The translations under genes and the position numbers were made by a program. 32,000 bases of DNA. It comes from Mycolicibacterium smegmatis (lineage in GTDB: Bacteria > Actinomycetota > Actinomycetes > Mycobacteriales > Mycobacteriaceae). The DNA lies in assembly GCF_001457595.1 (NCBI RefSeq), contig NZ_LN831039.1, positions 2,550,001 to 2,582,000 of the forward strand, written 5' to 3'. The notes under the pieces were generated by a model. It was not told the DNA's origin. It saw only the letters and a program-made list of their open reading frames with translations, and searched no databases. This document shows positions 8,402 through 17,604 of this stretch, in pieces (position 1 is the first letter of the stretch; every line of letters starts with the position of its first letter).

Positions 8402-9536
8402 GGTTGAAAGTCTGCCAGTCGATCAGTCGGTGGGCCCGCAGTCTCCGGACGCGCCCCGGGATTCGGAGGAAACCATCAGGGACGTGCTGCTCGCGCACGC
8501 GACGCGACTCGGCCTCGCCGCGATCCCGCGCATGTCCGACCGGCGTAAACACCTTCTGCTGGGCGGACGTTCGGTCACGGTCGACGGCAACACCCTGGAC
8601 ACCACGATGCAGTTCATGCTCACCACCCAGCGATTGGCGGGGTTGCCCGGACTGGTCGCCGACTACGACCCTGAGCACGGCGTGGCGGTCTCGCGTGCCA
8701 AGTTGCGGGAGACCGCGGCGATGATGCGGATGCCCATCCACGTCGACGTCAGCGACATCTCGATACCCGGACCGGCCGGACCGCTTGCCGCGCGCCGCTA
8801 TGTGCCGGTCGAGCGCGGATCGGCGAGCGCGCTCGTCCTGTACTTCCATGGCGGCGGGTTCGTCATAGGTGATCTGGAGGTCCACGACAACCTGTGCCGC
8901 CTCATCTGCCGCGACGGTGATGTCCAGGTGGTCTCGGTCGACTACCGTCTGGCCCCCGAGCACAAGGCGCCCGCGGCTGCCGAGGACGCCTACGCGGCCT
9001 ATCAGTGGGCACTCGAACACGCCGGGGGTCTCGGCGCGTCCCGCATCGTGGTCGCGGGCGACAGCGCGGGCGGCAACCTGGCCGCGGTGGTGTCGCAGTG
9101 GGCCCGCGACGACGAGCTGCCACTGCCCGCCCTGCAGGTGCTGCTGTACCCGATCACCGACTGGGTCAGCGAGACCCGCTCACGCACGCTGTTCTCCGAC
9201 GGGTACTTCCTGAACAGACAGGACATGGACTGGTTCGCGGGCCACTACCTCGACGGCGCCGACGTCACCCCCGAGGATCCCGCGGTGTCGCCTCTGCTGG
9301 CCGAGGACCTGTCGGGGCTGCCGCCCGCGCTGGTGGTCACCGCGGGCTTCGATCCGCTGCGTGACGAGGGCAATCGCTACGCGGCCGCGATGCGCGACGC
9401 GGGTGTTCTGGTCGACCTGCGTGAAGAGCGCTCGATGATCCACGCGTTCGCGAACTTCTTCCCGCTCGGAGGCGGCGGCGCCGCCGCGACGACCGCGATG
9501 ATCTCGGCGCTGCGGGCACATCTCAGGCACGTCTGA
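8400..9536 (+). CDS. Alpha/beta hydrolase, hormone-sensitive-lipase family esterase/lipase (LipN-like)
   Basis: The oxyanion motif HGGGF, the nucleophile elbow GDSAGG, and the DPLRDE and IHAF motifs are present. ATG 8400 is preceded by GAGGAAG (8388-8394, 5-nt spacer). The upstream part of the ORF (8166-8399) is antisense to the AKR and is not used. Confidence 0.9.
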   Translation: MVESLPVDQSVGPQSPDAPRDSEETIRDVLLAHATRLGLAAIPRMSDRRKHLLLGGRSVTVDGNTLDTTMQFMLTTQRLAGLPGLVADYDPEHGVAVSRAKLRETAAMMRMPIHVDVSDISIPGPAGPLAARRYVPVERGSASALVLYFHGGGFVIGDLEVHDNLCRLICRDGDVQVVSVDYRLAPEHKAPAAAEDAYAAYQWALEHAGGLGASRIVVAGDSAGGNLAAVVSQWARDDELPLPALQVLLYPITDWVSETRSRTLFSDGYFLNRQDMDWFAGHYLDGADVTPEDPAVSPLLAEDLSGLPPALVVTAGFDPLRDEGNRYAAAMRDAGVLVDLREERSMIHAFANFFPLGGGGAAATTAMISALRAHLRHV

Positions 9537-9569
9537 GGGTCCTCTCATACGCGCCGGTACGCTTGTCGC

Positions 9570-10298
9570 GTGGCCAAACCCAAGAAGACCGCCAAGTACG
9601 ACCTGAAAGCCGCCGACCGCAAGCGCAATCTGCTGGTGCAGATCGGCCTGACCGCGGTCGTGGTGCTGTTCGCCGTCGCACTGGTGCTCTACATCGTCAT
9701 GAACGGCGAGAAGAATCCCGATGCGGGCGCGGGCAAGGCCATCCGCGTCGCGTCGAGCGACGTGGTCACCGACGAGGGATCGAGCGACCCGAAGGTCGTG
9801 CTCGGCCTCTACGAAGACTTCCTGTGCCCCGCGTGCGGCAACTTCGAGCGCAGCTTCGGGCCCACCATCTCCAAGCTGATCGACTCCGGCGCGATCGCGG
9901 CGGACTACTACATGGTGGGCATCCTCGACCGGGCCGGCAACGGCTACTCGTCGCGCGCCGGCGGCGCCGGGTACTGCGTGGCCGACGAGTCCACGGACGC
10001 GTTCCGTCGTTTCCACACCGCGCTGTACACACCCGAACTGCAGCCGCAGGAGAACAGCGGCATCTATCCCGACAACGCACGCCTGATCGAACTGGCCCGC
10101 CAGGCCGGCGCCGCGGGCAAGGTGGCCGACTGCATCAACAACGGCCGCTACGTCGAAATGGTCAAGGGGATGGCCGCGGCGACCGGGATCAACGCGACGC
10201 CGACCATCCGGATCAACGGCGAGGATTACAGCCCGACCACGCCCGACGCACTGGTCGCCAAGGTCAAGGAGATCGTCGGCGAGGTTCCGGGGCTCTGA
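9570..10298 (+). CDS. Membrane-anchored DsbA-like thioredoxin-fold oxidoreductase
   Basis: The gene starts at GTG 9570. It has an N-terminal TM segment (LLVQIGLTAVVVLFAVALVLYIV) and a CPAC active site in FLCPACGNFE. The stop overlaps the VKOR start by 1 nt (cTGATGa). Confidence 0.9.
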   Translation: MAKPKKTAKYDLKAADRKRNLLVQIGLTAVVVLFAVALVLYIVMNGEKNPDAGAGKAIRVASSDVVTDEGSSDPKVVLGLYEDFLCPACGNFERSFGPTISKLIDSGAIAADYYMVGILDRAGNGYSSRAGGAGYCVADESTDAFRRFHTALYTPELQPQENSGIYPDNARLIELARQAGAAGKVADCINNGRYVEMVKGMAAATGINATPTIRINGEDYSPTTPDALVAKVKEIVGEVPGL

Positions 10299-10930
10299 TG
10301 ACCGTCGCAGCATCCGACACCGACCGGTCGGTGGCCGAGGGCCCCGGAGGCCTCGTCGTCGGAAAGCCGAGCGCGGTGTGGGTGCTGATCGCCGGTGTGC
10401 TGGGCCTCGCGGCGTCACTGACGCTGACGGTCGAGAAGATCGAACTGCTGATCAATCCCGACTACGTGCCGTCGTGCAGCATCAACCCGGTGCTGTCGTG
10501 CGGTTCGGTGATGGTCACCTGGCAGGCGTCGCTGTTCGGATTCCCGAACCCGCTGATCGGCATCGTGGCCTTCTCGGTCGTCCTGGTGACGGGCGTGCTC
10601 GCGGTCGCCGGGGTGCGTCTGCCGCGCTGGTACTGGGCCGGGCTCGCGACGGGCACCGCGCTGGGAGCGGTGTTCGTGCACTGGCTGATCTTCCAGAGCC
10701 TGTACCGCATCGGGGCCCTGTGCCCCTACTGCATGGTGGTGTGGGCCGTGACGATCCCGCTGGCCGTGGTTACGGCCGTCATCGCGCTGCGCGCGCGGGC
10801 CGGCGACGCGGACGCGGGTCCCGGCAACATCGTCCACCAGTGGCGATGGTCCCTGGTGGCGCTGTGGTTCACCGCACTTGTGCTTTTGATCCTGGTGCGG
10901 TTCTGGGAATACTGGTCAACACTGCTTTGA
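10298..10930 (+). CDS. Vitamin K epoxide reductase family protein (VKOR, DsbB-analog)
   Basis: The start is ATG 10298. It is a multi-pass membrane protein with the loop cysteine pair CSINPVLSC and the CPYC redox motif. The pairing with DsbA is conserved in actinobacteria. Confidence 0.9.
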   Translation: MTVAASDTDRSVAEGPGGLVVGKPSAVWVLIAGVLGLAASLTLTVEKIELLINPDYVPSCSINPVLSCGSVMVTWQASLFGFPNPLIGIVAFSVVLVTGVLAVAGVRLPRWYWAGLATGTALGAVFVHWLIFQSLYRIGALCPYCMVVWAVTIPLAVVTAVIALRARAGDADAGPGNIVHQWRWSLVALWFTALVLLILVRFWEYWSTLL

Positions 10931-10954
10931 CAATCCGGAAATAGACACAGCGGT

Positions 10955-10960
10955 TAGGGT
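10955..10960 (+). promoter_or_regulatory. -10-like hexamer TAGGGT 5 nt upstream of the pca GTG (possible leaderless or very short leader)
   Basis: It matches TANNNT at 10955-10960, with GTG at 10966. The AGGG inside it could alternatively act as a weak SD, so the call is ambiguous. Confidence 0.25.
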
Positions 10961-10965
10961 TACGC

Positions 10966-13900
10966 GTGATCTCCAAGGTGCTCGTCGCCAACCGCGGCGA
11001 AATCGCGATCCGCGCATTCCGTGCTGCGTACGAGATGGGCATCGCCACGGTGGCGGTGTATCCGTACGAGGACCGGAATTCGCTCCATCGGCTCAAGGCC
11101 GACGAGTCATATCAGATCGGCGAGGTGGGTCATCCCGTCCGCGCGTATCTGTCGGTCGACGAGATCATCCGCGTCGCCAAGCATTCGGGCGCCGACGCGG
11201 TGTACCCGGGCTACGGCTTCCTGTCGGAGAACCCCGATCTGGCGGCCAAGTGCGCCGAGGCGGGTATCACGTTCGTGGGACCGTCCGCCGAGGTGCTGCA
11301 GCTCACGGGTAACAAGGCACGCGCGATCGCCGCGGCGCGCGCCGCGGGCCTTCCCGTGCTGAGTTCGTCGGAGCCGTCGTCGTCGGTGGACGAGTTGATG
11401 GCCGCTGCCGCCGACATGGAGTTCCCGCTGTTCGTCAAGGCGGTCTCGGGTGGCGGCGGGCGCGGCATGCGCCGCGTCACCGACCGCGAGTCCCTGGCCG
11501 AGGCGATCGAGGCGGCCTCGCGGGAGGCCGAGTCGGCGTTCGGCGACGCGTCGGTGTACCTGGAGCAGGCCGTGCTCAACCCGCGTCACATCGAGGTGCA
11601 GATCCTCGCCGACGGCGCGGGCAACGTCATGCACCTGTTCGAGCGTGACTGCAGCGTGCAGCGCAGGCATCAGAAGGTCGTCGAGCTGGCGCCCGCGCCC
11701 AACCTGAGTGACGAACTGCGCCAACAGATCTGCGCCGACGCCGTGGCCTTCGCGCGCCAGATCGGGTACTCGTGCGCGGGCACCGTCGAGTTCCTGCTCG
11801 ACGAGCGCGGCCATCACGTGTTCATCGAGTGCAATCCGCGAATCCAGGTGGAGCACACGGTGACCGAGGAGATCACCGACGTGGACCTGGTGTCCTCGCA
11901 GTTGCGCATCGCCGCGGGCGAGACGCTCGCCGATCTCGGTCTGTCCCAGGACCGGCTCGTGGTGCGTGGCGCGGCCATGCAGTGCCGCATCACCACCGAG
12001 GACCCGGCCAACGGCTTCCGACCCGACACCGGCCGCATCACCGCGTACCGCTCGCCGGGCGGCGCGGGCATCCGCCTCGACGGCGGCACCAACCTGGGTG
12101 CGGAGATCTCGGCGCACTTCGACTCCATGCTGGTCAAGCTGACGTGCCGGGGACGCGACTTCTCGGCCGCGGCCTCGCGCGCGCGCCGCGCCCTGGCGGA
12201 GTTCCGCATCCGCGGTGTGTCGACCAACATCCCGTTCCTGCAGGCGGTCATCGACGATCCGGACTTCCGCGCCGGACGGGTGACGACGTCGTTCATCGAC
12301 GACCGGCCGCATCTATTGACCTCGCGGTCTCCTGCCGACCGCGGCACCAGGATCCTCAACTACCTGGCCGACATCACGGTCAACAAGCCGCACGGCGAAC
12401 GGCCTTCGACGGTTTACCCGCAGGACAAGCTGCCGCCGCTGGATCTGCAGGCGCCGCCGCCCGCGGGATCCAAACAGCGCCTCGTGGAACTGGGGCCCGA
12501 GGGTTTCGCGGGCTGGCTGCGCGAATCCAAGGCCGTCGGCGTCACCGACACGACGTTCCGCGACGCGCACCAGTCGCTGCTGGCCACGCGTGTGCGCACC
12601 ACCGGTCTGCTGATGGTGGCGCCGTACGTCGCACGCTCCATGCCGCAGTTGCTGTCGATCGAGTGCTGGGGCGGCGCGACCTACGATGTGGCCCTTCGCT
12701 TCCTGAAGGAAGACCCGTGGGAGCGGCTGGCGGCGCTGCGCGAGAGCGTGCCCAACATCTGCCTGCAGATGCTGCTGCGGGGACGCAACACCGTGGGCTA
12801 CACGCCGTACCCGGAACTGGTCACCTCGGCGTTCGTCGAGGAGGCCGCGGCGACCGGTATCGACATCTTCCGGATCTTCGACGCGCTCAACAACGTCGAG
12901 TCGATGCGGCCCGCGATCGACGCGGTGCGGGAAACCGGTTCGACCATCGCCGAAGTCGCGATGTGCTACACGGGCGACCTCAGCGATCCCGCGGAGAACC
13001 TCTACACGCTCGACTACTACCTGAAGCTGGCCGAGCAGATCGTCGAGGCCGGCGCCCACGTGCTGGCGATCAAGGACATGGCCGGTCTGCTGCGCGCCCC
13101 GGCCGCCCACACGCTCGTGAGCGCGTTGCGCAGCCGGTTCGATCTGCCCGTGCACGTGCACACCCACGACACCCCGGGCGGTCAGCTCGCGACGTACCTC
13201 GCGGCGTGGTCGGCCGGCGCGGACGCGGTGGACGGCGCCTCGGCGCCGATGGCCGGGACCACGAGCCAGCCCGCGCTGAGCTCGATCGTCGCGGCGGCCG
13301 CGCACACCCAGTACGACACGGGCCTGGACCTGCGTGCGGTGTGCGACCTTGAGCCCTACTGGGAGGCGGTGAGAAAGGTCTACGCGCCGTTCGAGTCCGG
13401 GCTGCCCGGGCCAACCGGCCGCGTCTACACCCACGAGATTCCCGGTGGGCAGTTGAGCAACCTGCGTCAGCAGGCCATCGCGTTGGGCCTCGGCGACCGG
13501 TTCGAGGAGATCGAGGCCAATTACGCTGCGGCCGACCGGGTTCTGGGACGGCTCGTGAAGGTGACCCCGTCGTCGAAGGTGGTCGGGGACCTGGCGCTGG
13601 CGCTCGTGGGTGCGGGCATCACCGCCGAGGAGTTCGCCGAGGATCCCGCGAAGTACGACATCCCCGACAGCGTGATCGGCTTCCTGCGCGGTGAACTCGG
13701 GGATCCGCCGGGCGGATGGCCGGAACCGTTGCGCACCAAGGCGCTCCAGGGCCGCGGACCGGCCCGGCCGGTCGAGAAGCTGACCGCCGACGACGAGGCG
13801 TTGCTCGCCCAGCCCGGGCCCAAGCGGCAGGCCGCGTTGAACCGCCTGCTTTTCCCCGGGCCCACCGCCGAGTTCGAGGCGCACCGCGAAACCTACGGCG

Positions 13901-14349
13901 ACACCTCATCCCTCAGCGCGAACCAGTTCTTCTACGGGCTGCGCTACGGCGAGGAGCACCGCGTGCAACTCGAACGTGGCGTGGAACTGCTGATCGGGCT
14001 TGAGGCGATCTCGGAGGCCGACGAGCGCGGCATGCGCACCGTGATGTGCATCATCAACGGTCAGCTGCGCCCGGTTCTCGTGCGCGACCGCAGCATCGCC
14101 AGCGAGGTGCCCGCCGCCGAAAAGGCCGACCGCAACAATGCCGACCACATCGCCGCGCCCTTCGCCGGTGTGGTGACCGTCGGTGTCGCAGAAGGTGACT
14201 CGGTGGACGCGGGACAAACCATCGCGACGATCGAGGCGATGAAGATGGAGGCCGCCATCACCGCGCCCAAGGCAGGCACCGTCGCGCGCGTCGCGGTCGC
14301 GGCGACCGCCCAGGTCGAGGGCGGCGATCTGCTGGTGGTGGTCAGCTGA
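10966..14349 (+). CDS. pca: Pyruvate carboxylase
   Basis: The 1127-aa product has an N-terminal biotin carboxylase/ATP-grasp domain ([17 protein letters not shown]), a central carboxyltransferase domain and a C-terminal biotinyl domain with the EAMKME attachment motif. Confidence 0.97.
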   Translation: MISKVLVANRGEIAIRAFRAAYEMGIATVAVYPYEDRNSLHRLKADESYQIGEVGHPVRAYLSVDEIIRVAKHSGADAVYPGYGFLSENPDLAAKCAEAGITFVGPSAEVLQLTGNKARAIAAARAAGLPVLSSSEPSSSVDELMAAAADMEFPLFVKAVSGGGGRGMRRVTDRESLAEAIEAASREAESAFGDASVYLEQAVLNPRHIEVQILADGAGNVMHLFERDCSVQRRHQKVVELAPAPNLSDELRQQICADAVAFARQIGYSCAGTVEFLLDERGHHVFIECNPRIQVEHTVTEEITDVDLVSSQLRIAAGETLADLGLSQDRLVVRGAAMQCRITTEDPANGFRPDTGRITAYRSPGGAGIRLDGGTNLGAEISAHFDSMLVKLTCRGRDFSAAASRARRALAEFRIRGVSTNIPFLQAVIDDPDFRAGRVTTSFIDDRPHLLTSRSPADRGTRILNYLADITVNKPHGERPSTVYPQDKLPPLDLQAPPPAGSKQRLVELGPEGFAGWLRESKAVGVTDTTFRDAHQSLLATRVRTTGLLMVAPYVARSMPQLLSIECWGGATYDVALRFLKEDPWERLAALRESVPNICLQMLLRGRNTVGYTPYPELVTSAFVEEAAATGIDIFRIFDALNNVESMRPAIDAVRETGSTIAEVAMCYTGDLSDPAENLYTLDYYLKLAEQIVEAGAHVLAIKDMAGLLRAPAAHTLVSALRSRFDLPVHVHTHDTPGGQLATYLAAWSAGADAVDGASAPMAGTTSQPALSSIVAAAAHTQYDTGLDLRAVCDLEPYWEAVRKVYAPFESGLPGPTGRVYTHEIPGGQLSNLRQQAIALGLGDRFEEIEANYAAADRVLGRLVKVTPSSKVVGDLALALVGAGITAEEFAEDPAKYDIPDSVIGFLRGELGDPPGGWPEPLRTKALQGRGPARPVEKLTADDEALLAQPGPKRQAALNRLLFPGPTAEFEAHRETYGDTSSLSANQFFYGLRYGEEHRVQLERGVELLIGLEAISEADERGMRTVMCIINGQLRPVLVRDRSIASEVPAAEKADRNNADHIAAPFAGVVTVGVAEGDSVDAGQTIATIEAMKMEAAITAPKAGTVARVAVAATAQVEGGDLLVVVS

Positions 14350-14900
14350 CCCGGATCATCGCGGGCTTTCTGGGTGGCCGACGCATCGAGGTGCCCAAGA
14401 GCGGTACCCGGCCCACCTCCGACCGGGTGCGCGAGGCGGTGTTCAACGCCCTGGCCGCGCGTCTGGACTTCGCTGGTCTGGCCGTGCTCGATCTGTACGC
14501 CGGATCGGGCGCCCTTGGGCTGGAGGCGATTTCGCGTGGCGCGAGCTCGGCGTTGTTCGTCGAGTCCGATCAGCGTGCGGCCGCGGTGATCGCCAAAAAC
14601 ATCGCGGCACTCGACGTCGCGGGTGCCACCGTGCGACGCGGCACCGCCGAATCGGTGCTGGCCGCGGGTACCACGCGCCCCGTGGACCTGGTGCTGGCGG
14701 ACCCGCCGTACGACGTCGACGCACGCACCGTCGACGCGCTGGTGGTGGCGCTGGCCGACGGTGGATGGGTGCGCGCGGGCACGGTCGTCATGGTCGAACG
14801 GCGCTTCAACAGCGACCTCGTGACCTGGCCCGACGGCTGGACGGCGTTGAGTGCGCGCCGCTACGGCGACACGCGCGTCGAACTCGCGGAGGTCGGCTGA
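14346..14900 (+). CDS. rsmD: 16S rRNA (guanine966-N2)-methyltransferase RsmD; start uncertain (CTG 14346 proposed; first canonical start is GTG 14391)
   Basis: The family motifs are [13 protein letters not shown], the SAM-binding [14 protein letters not shown] and the DPPY motif (LADPPYD). The conserved N-terminal [16 protein letters not shown] is encoded upstream of GTG 14391, and no ATG/GTG/TTG lies in frame before it. Confidence 0.85.
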   Translation: MTRIIAGFLGGRRIEVPKSGTRPTSDRVREAVFNALAARLDFAGLAVLDLYAGSGALGLEAISRGASSALFVESDQRAAAVIAKNIAALDVAGATVRRGTAESVLAAGTTRPVDLVLADPPYDVDARTVDALVVALADGGWVRAGTVVMVERRFNSDLVTWPDGWTALSARRYGDTRVELAEVG

Positions 14901-14925
14901 GCGTCGCCCTGTACCGTCGTCACCC

Positions 14926-15402
14926 ATGAGCGGCGCGGTATGCCCCGGTTCCTTCGACCCGGTGACCCTCGGTCACATCGACGTCTTCGAGCGTGCCTCG
15001 GCGCAGTTCGACGAGGTCGTGGTGGCGGTTCTGGTGAACCCCAACAAGAAGGGCATGTTCGACCTCGACGAGCGCATCGCGATGATCGAGGAGTCCACGA
15101 CCCATCTGCCGAATCTGCGGGTCGAATCGGGACAGGGGCTGGTGGTCGACTTCGTGAAGTCGCGCGGCCTGACCGCGATCGTCAAGGGTCTGCGCACCGG
15201 CACCGACTTCGAGTACGAACTGCAGATGGCGCAGATGAACAAGCACGTCGCAGGCGTCGACACGTTCTTCGTCGCGACGACACCGCAGTACTCGTTCGTG
15301 TCGTCGTCGCTGGCCAAGGAGGTCGCGTCCCTCGGTGGCGACGTGTCGGCGCTGCTGCCGTCGCCGGTGAACCGCAGACTGCAGGAGAAGCTCAACGGTT
15401 GA
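14926..15402 (+). CDS. coaD: Phosphopantetheine adenylyltransferase
   Basis: [24 protein letters not shown] carries the nucleotidyltransferase T/HxGH motif. The 158-aa size is typical. The 25 upstream codons of the ORF are not used. Confidence 0.95.
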   Translation: MSGAVCPGSFDPVTLGHIDVFERASAQFDEVVVAVLVNPNKKGMFDLDERIAMIEESTTHLPNLRVESGQGLVVDFVKSRGLTAIVKGLRTGTDFEYELQMAQMNKHVAGVDTFFVATTPQYSFVSSSLAKEVASLGGDVSALLPSPVNRRLQEKLNG

Positions 15403-15421
15403 ACCCGGCCGGTAGGGGGTA
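15397..15421 (+). promoter_or_regulatory. Candidate SigF-type promoter upstream of the hemerythrin gene (GGTTG-N15-GGGTA)
   Basis: GGTTG lies at 15397-15401, spanning the coaD stop, and GGGTA lies at 15417-21 after a 15-nt spacer. Compare the mycobacterial SigF consensus GTTT-N15-17-GGGTA. It is about 64 nt upstream of GTG 15485. Confidence 0.35.
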
Positions 15422-15484
15422 GTCCACGGGCGGCGCACACAGCCCATTGCGCCCATTCCTGAACACCCCCTCGGAGGATTCACC

Positions 15485-16063
15485 GTGGCCGATTCAAAGC
15501 CCAAGACGTTCGTGCAGTCGACCGACGACGTCGTCAGGTTTCTCACCGATCAGCACAACCTGATCAAGGACCTCTTCGAAGAGGTGCTCTCGGCGTCCGG
15601 CGACGACGCCAGGCAGACCGCTTTCGTCGAACTGCGCCAGCTGCTGGCGGTGCACGAGACCGCCGAGGAGATGGTGGTGCACCCGAGGGCGCGCGCCGCG
15701 GTCGACGGCGGCGACAAGATCGTCGACGCGCGCCTCGAAGAGGAACACAAGGCCAAGCAGCAACTGTCCGAGCTCGAGAAGCTCGACATCGGCTCGGCGG
15801 AGTTCATCACCGAACTGGAGAAGTTCCGCGAGGCCGTGCTCGATCACGCCGCCCACGAGGAGGCCGAGGAGTTCGTCAAGCTCTCCCGCGAACTCGACGC
15901 GCAGGAGCTCGAGCGGATGACCAAGGCCGTGCAGGCCGCGGAGGCGATCGCGCCGACGCGTCCGCATGCGGGCGTGGAGTCGGCGTCGCTGAACTTCGCC
16001 GTCGGTCCGTTCGCCTCGATGCTCGACCGGGCGCGGGACCTGATCGGCTCGGCCCTGAAGTAG
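15485..16063 (+). CDS. Hemerythrin HHE cation-binding domain protein
   Basis: The gene starts at GTG with a GGAGGA SD 6 nt upstream. The protein is helical with spaced H/E ligand motifs (DQHNLIKDLFEE, VHETAEEMVVHP, LDHAAHEEAEEF). Confidence 0.85.
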   Translation: MADSKPKTFVQSTDDVVRFLTDQHNLIKDLFEEVLSASGDDARQTAFVELRQLLAVHETAEEMVVHPRARAAVDGGDKIVDARLEEEHKAKQQLSELEKLDIGSAEFITELEKFREAVLDHAAHEEAEEFVKLSRELDAQELERMTKAVQAAEAIAPTRPHAGVESASLNFAVGPFASMLDRARDLIGSALK

Positions 16064-16185
16064 CGCTGACGTGGTGACCTGGCGTCCGGCAACGCCACAT
16101 GAGCGACACACCGATCATGCTCCACAGTCACAGGCGTAACACCAGGCACACTAGTCACTAACAACTAAGCCTGGAGGATGTTGCC

Positions 16186-16923
16186 GTGTACCGAGTTTTT
16201 GAAGCGCTCGACGAGCTCGGCGCGATCGTCGAAGAAGCGCGCGGTGTGCCGATGACCGCCGGCTGCGTCGTCCCTCGCGGGGATGTGCTCGAACTCATCG
16301 ACGACATCAAGGACGCCATTCCCGGTGAACTCGACGACGCACAGGACGTGCTCGATGCCCGCGACTCGCTGCTGCGCGAGGCCAAGGAGCACTCCGAATC
16401 GGTGATCTCGGGTGCCAACGCCGAGGCCGACAGCGTGCTCAGCCATGCCCGTGCCGAGGCCGACCGCCTGCTGGCCGATGCAAAAGCCCAGGCAGACCGC
16501 ATGGTCGCCGAGGCGCGTCAGCACAGCGAGCGGATGGTCACCGAGGCGCGCGAGGAAGCGGCCCGCCTCGCGGCGGCAGCCAAGCGCGAGTACGAGGCCA
16601 GCACCGGCCGCGCCAAGGCCGAGGCCGACCGGCTCATCGAGAACGGCAACATCTCGTACGAGAAGGCGATCCAGGAGGGCATCAAGGAGCAGCAGCGCCT
16701 GGTGTCGCAGACCGAGATCGTGGCGACCGCCAACGCAGAGGCCACGCGGCTCATCGACGCGGCGCACGCCGAGGCCGACCGTCTTCGTGGCGAGTGCGAC
16801 ATCTACGTCGACAGCAAACTGGCCGAGTTCGAGGAGTTTCTCAACGGGACCCTGCGGTCGGTCGGCCGCGGACGTCACCAGTTGCGGACCACCGCGGGGA
16901 CACACGACTACGTGACCCGCTGA
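16186..16923 (+). CDS. sepIVA: DivIVA-domain coiled-coil cell-division protein (SepIVA / Rv2927c-like)
   Basis: The gene starts at GTG with GGAGGA upstream. The N-terminal DivIVA-like segment is MYRVFEALDELGAIVEEARGVPMTAGCVVPRGDVLELIDDIKDAIP. It is followed by repeated AEADRL-type coiled-coil heptads. The position upstream of yceD-rnc matches mycobacterial synteny. Confidence 0.8.
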   Translation: MYRVFEALDELGAIVEEARGVPMTAGCVVPRGDVLELIDDIKDAIPGELDDAQDVLDARDSLLREAKEHSESVISGANAEADSVLSHARAEADRLLADAKAQADRMVAEARQHSERMVTEAREEAARLAAAAKREYEASTGRAKAEADRLIENGNISYEKAIQEGIKEQQRLVSQTEIVATANAEATRLIDAAHAEADRLRGECDIYVDSKLAEFEEFLNGTLRSVGRGRHQLRTTAGTHDYVTR

Positions 16924-16992
16924 GCATCTGCTCAACCTGCGGTGACGGCGACGTGCCGCGGCGCGAATATGGCGTCGCCGTAGGATTGCGGT

Positions 16993-17604
16993 ATGGCGAC
17001 GCATGCGAACGCGGCGAAGCACCGCGAGTCACGATCGCCGCTGGTGCTCGATGTCTCACGTCTGGGCAGGCGGCCCGGGTCGATGTTGACGCACCGCGAG
17101 ACCGTGCCCAGCCCCGCACGAATCGGCTTGGATCTCATCGCGATTCGACCGGGCGCTGAACTCGACCTCGATCTGCGGCTGGAATCGGTTTCCGAGGGCG
17201 TACTGGTGACCGGGACGGTCTCGGCGCACACCGAGGGTGAGTGTGCGCGGTGCCTGACCGCGATCAGCGGCGACGTCGAGATCGACCTCACCGAGTTGTA
17301 CGCCTACCCCGACAGCACCACCGACGAGACGTCGGAGTCCGACGAGATCGCCCGGGTCGGCGCGAGCGGTCGACCCGACACCGTCGACCTGGAACAGCCG
17401 ATCGTCGACGCGGTCGGTATGTCCCTTCCGTTCGCGCCGCTGTGCCAACCGGACTGCCCCGGACTGTGCCCGGACTGTGGCATCCCGCTGGCCACGGCCG
17501 AACCGGGCCACGGTCACGAGAAGATCGATCCGCGGTGGGCCAAGCTCGCAGGCATGCTGCAGGACGATTCGAAGGACAGGGACAGAGCCGGGGGAGATGC
17601 GTGA
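16993..17604 (+). CDS. YceD/DUF177 family protein
   Basis: The characteristic cysteine pairs are ECARCL and [13 protein letters not shown], followed by DPRWAKL. The stop overlaps the rnc start (GTGA). Confidence 0.85.
   Translation: MATHANAAKHRESRSPLVLDVSRLGRRPGSMLTHRETVPSPARIGLDLIAIRPGAELDLDLRLESVSEGVLVTGTVSAHTEGECARCLTAISGDVEIDLTELYAYPDSTTDETSESDEIARVGASGRPDTVDLEQPIVDAVGMSLPFAPLCQPDCPGLCPDCGIPLATAEPGHGHEKIDPRWAKLAGMLQDDSKDRDRAGGDA

Noticed and set aside
11107-13884. Two long ORFs (401 aa and 523 aa) antisense to pca, plus several in-frame-shifted plus-strand ORFs
   Set aside because: They overlap a 1127-aa pyruvate carboxylase that has all its domains. The products are Arg/Gly/Pro-rich and have no start-site signals.
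16064-16185. The relatively AT-rich 122-bp hemerythrin-sepIVA spacer as an sRNA or terminator
   Set aside because: It has only a weak 5-bp stem (GGCGT/ACGCC) without a U-tract. I found no convincing TANNNT promoter or conserved structure by eye. It is most simply the sepIVA promoter and 5' UTR.
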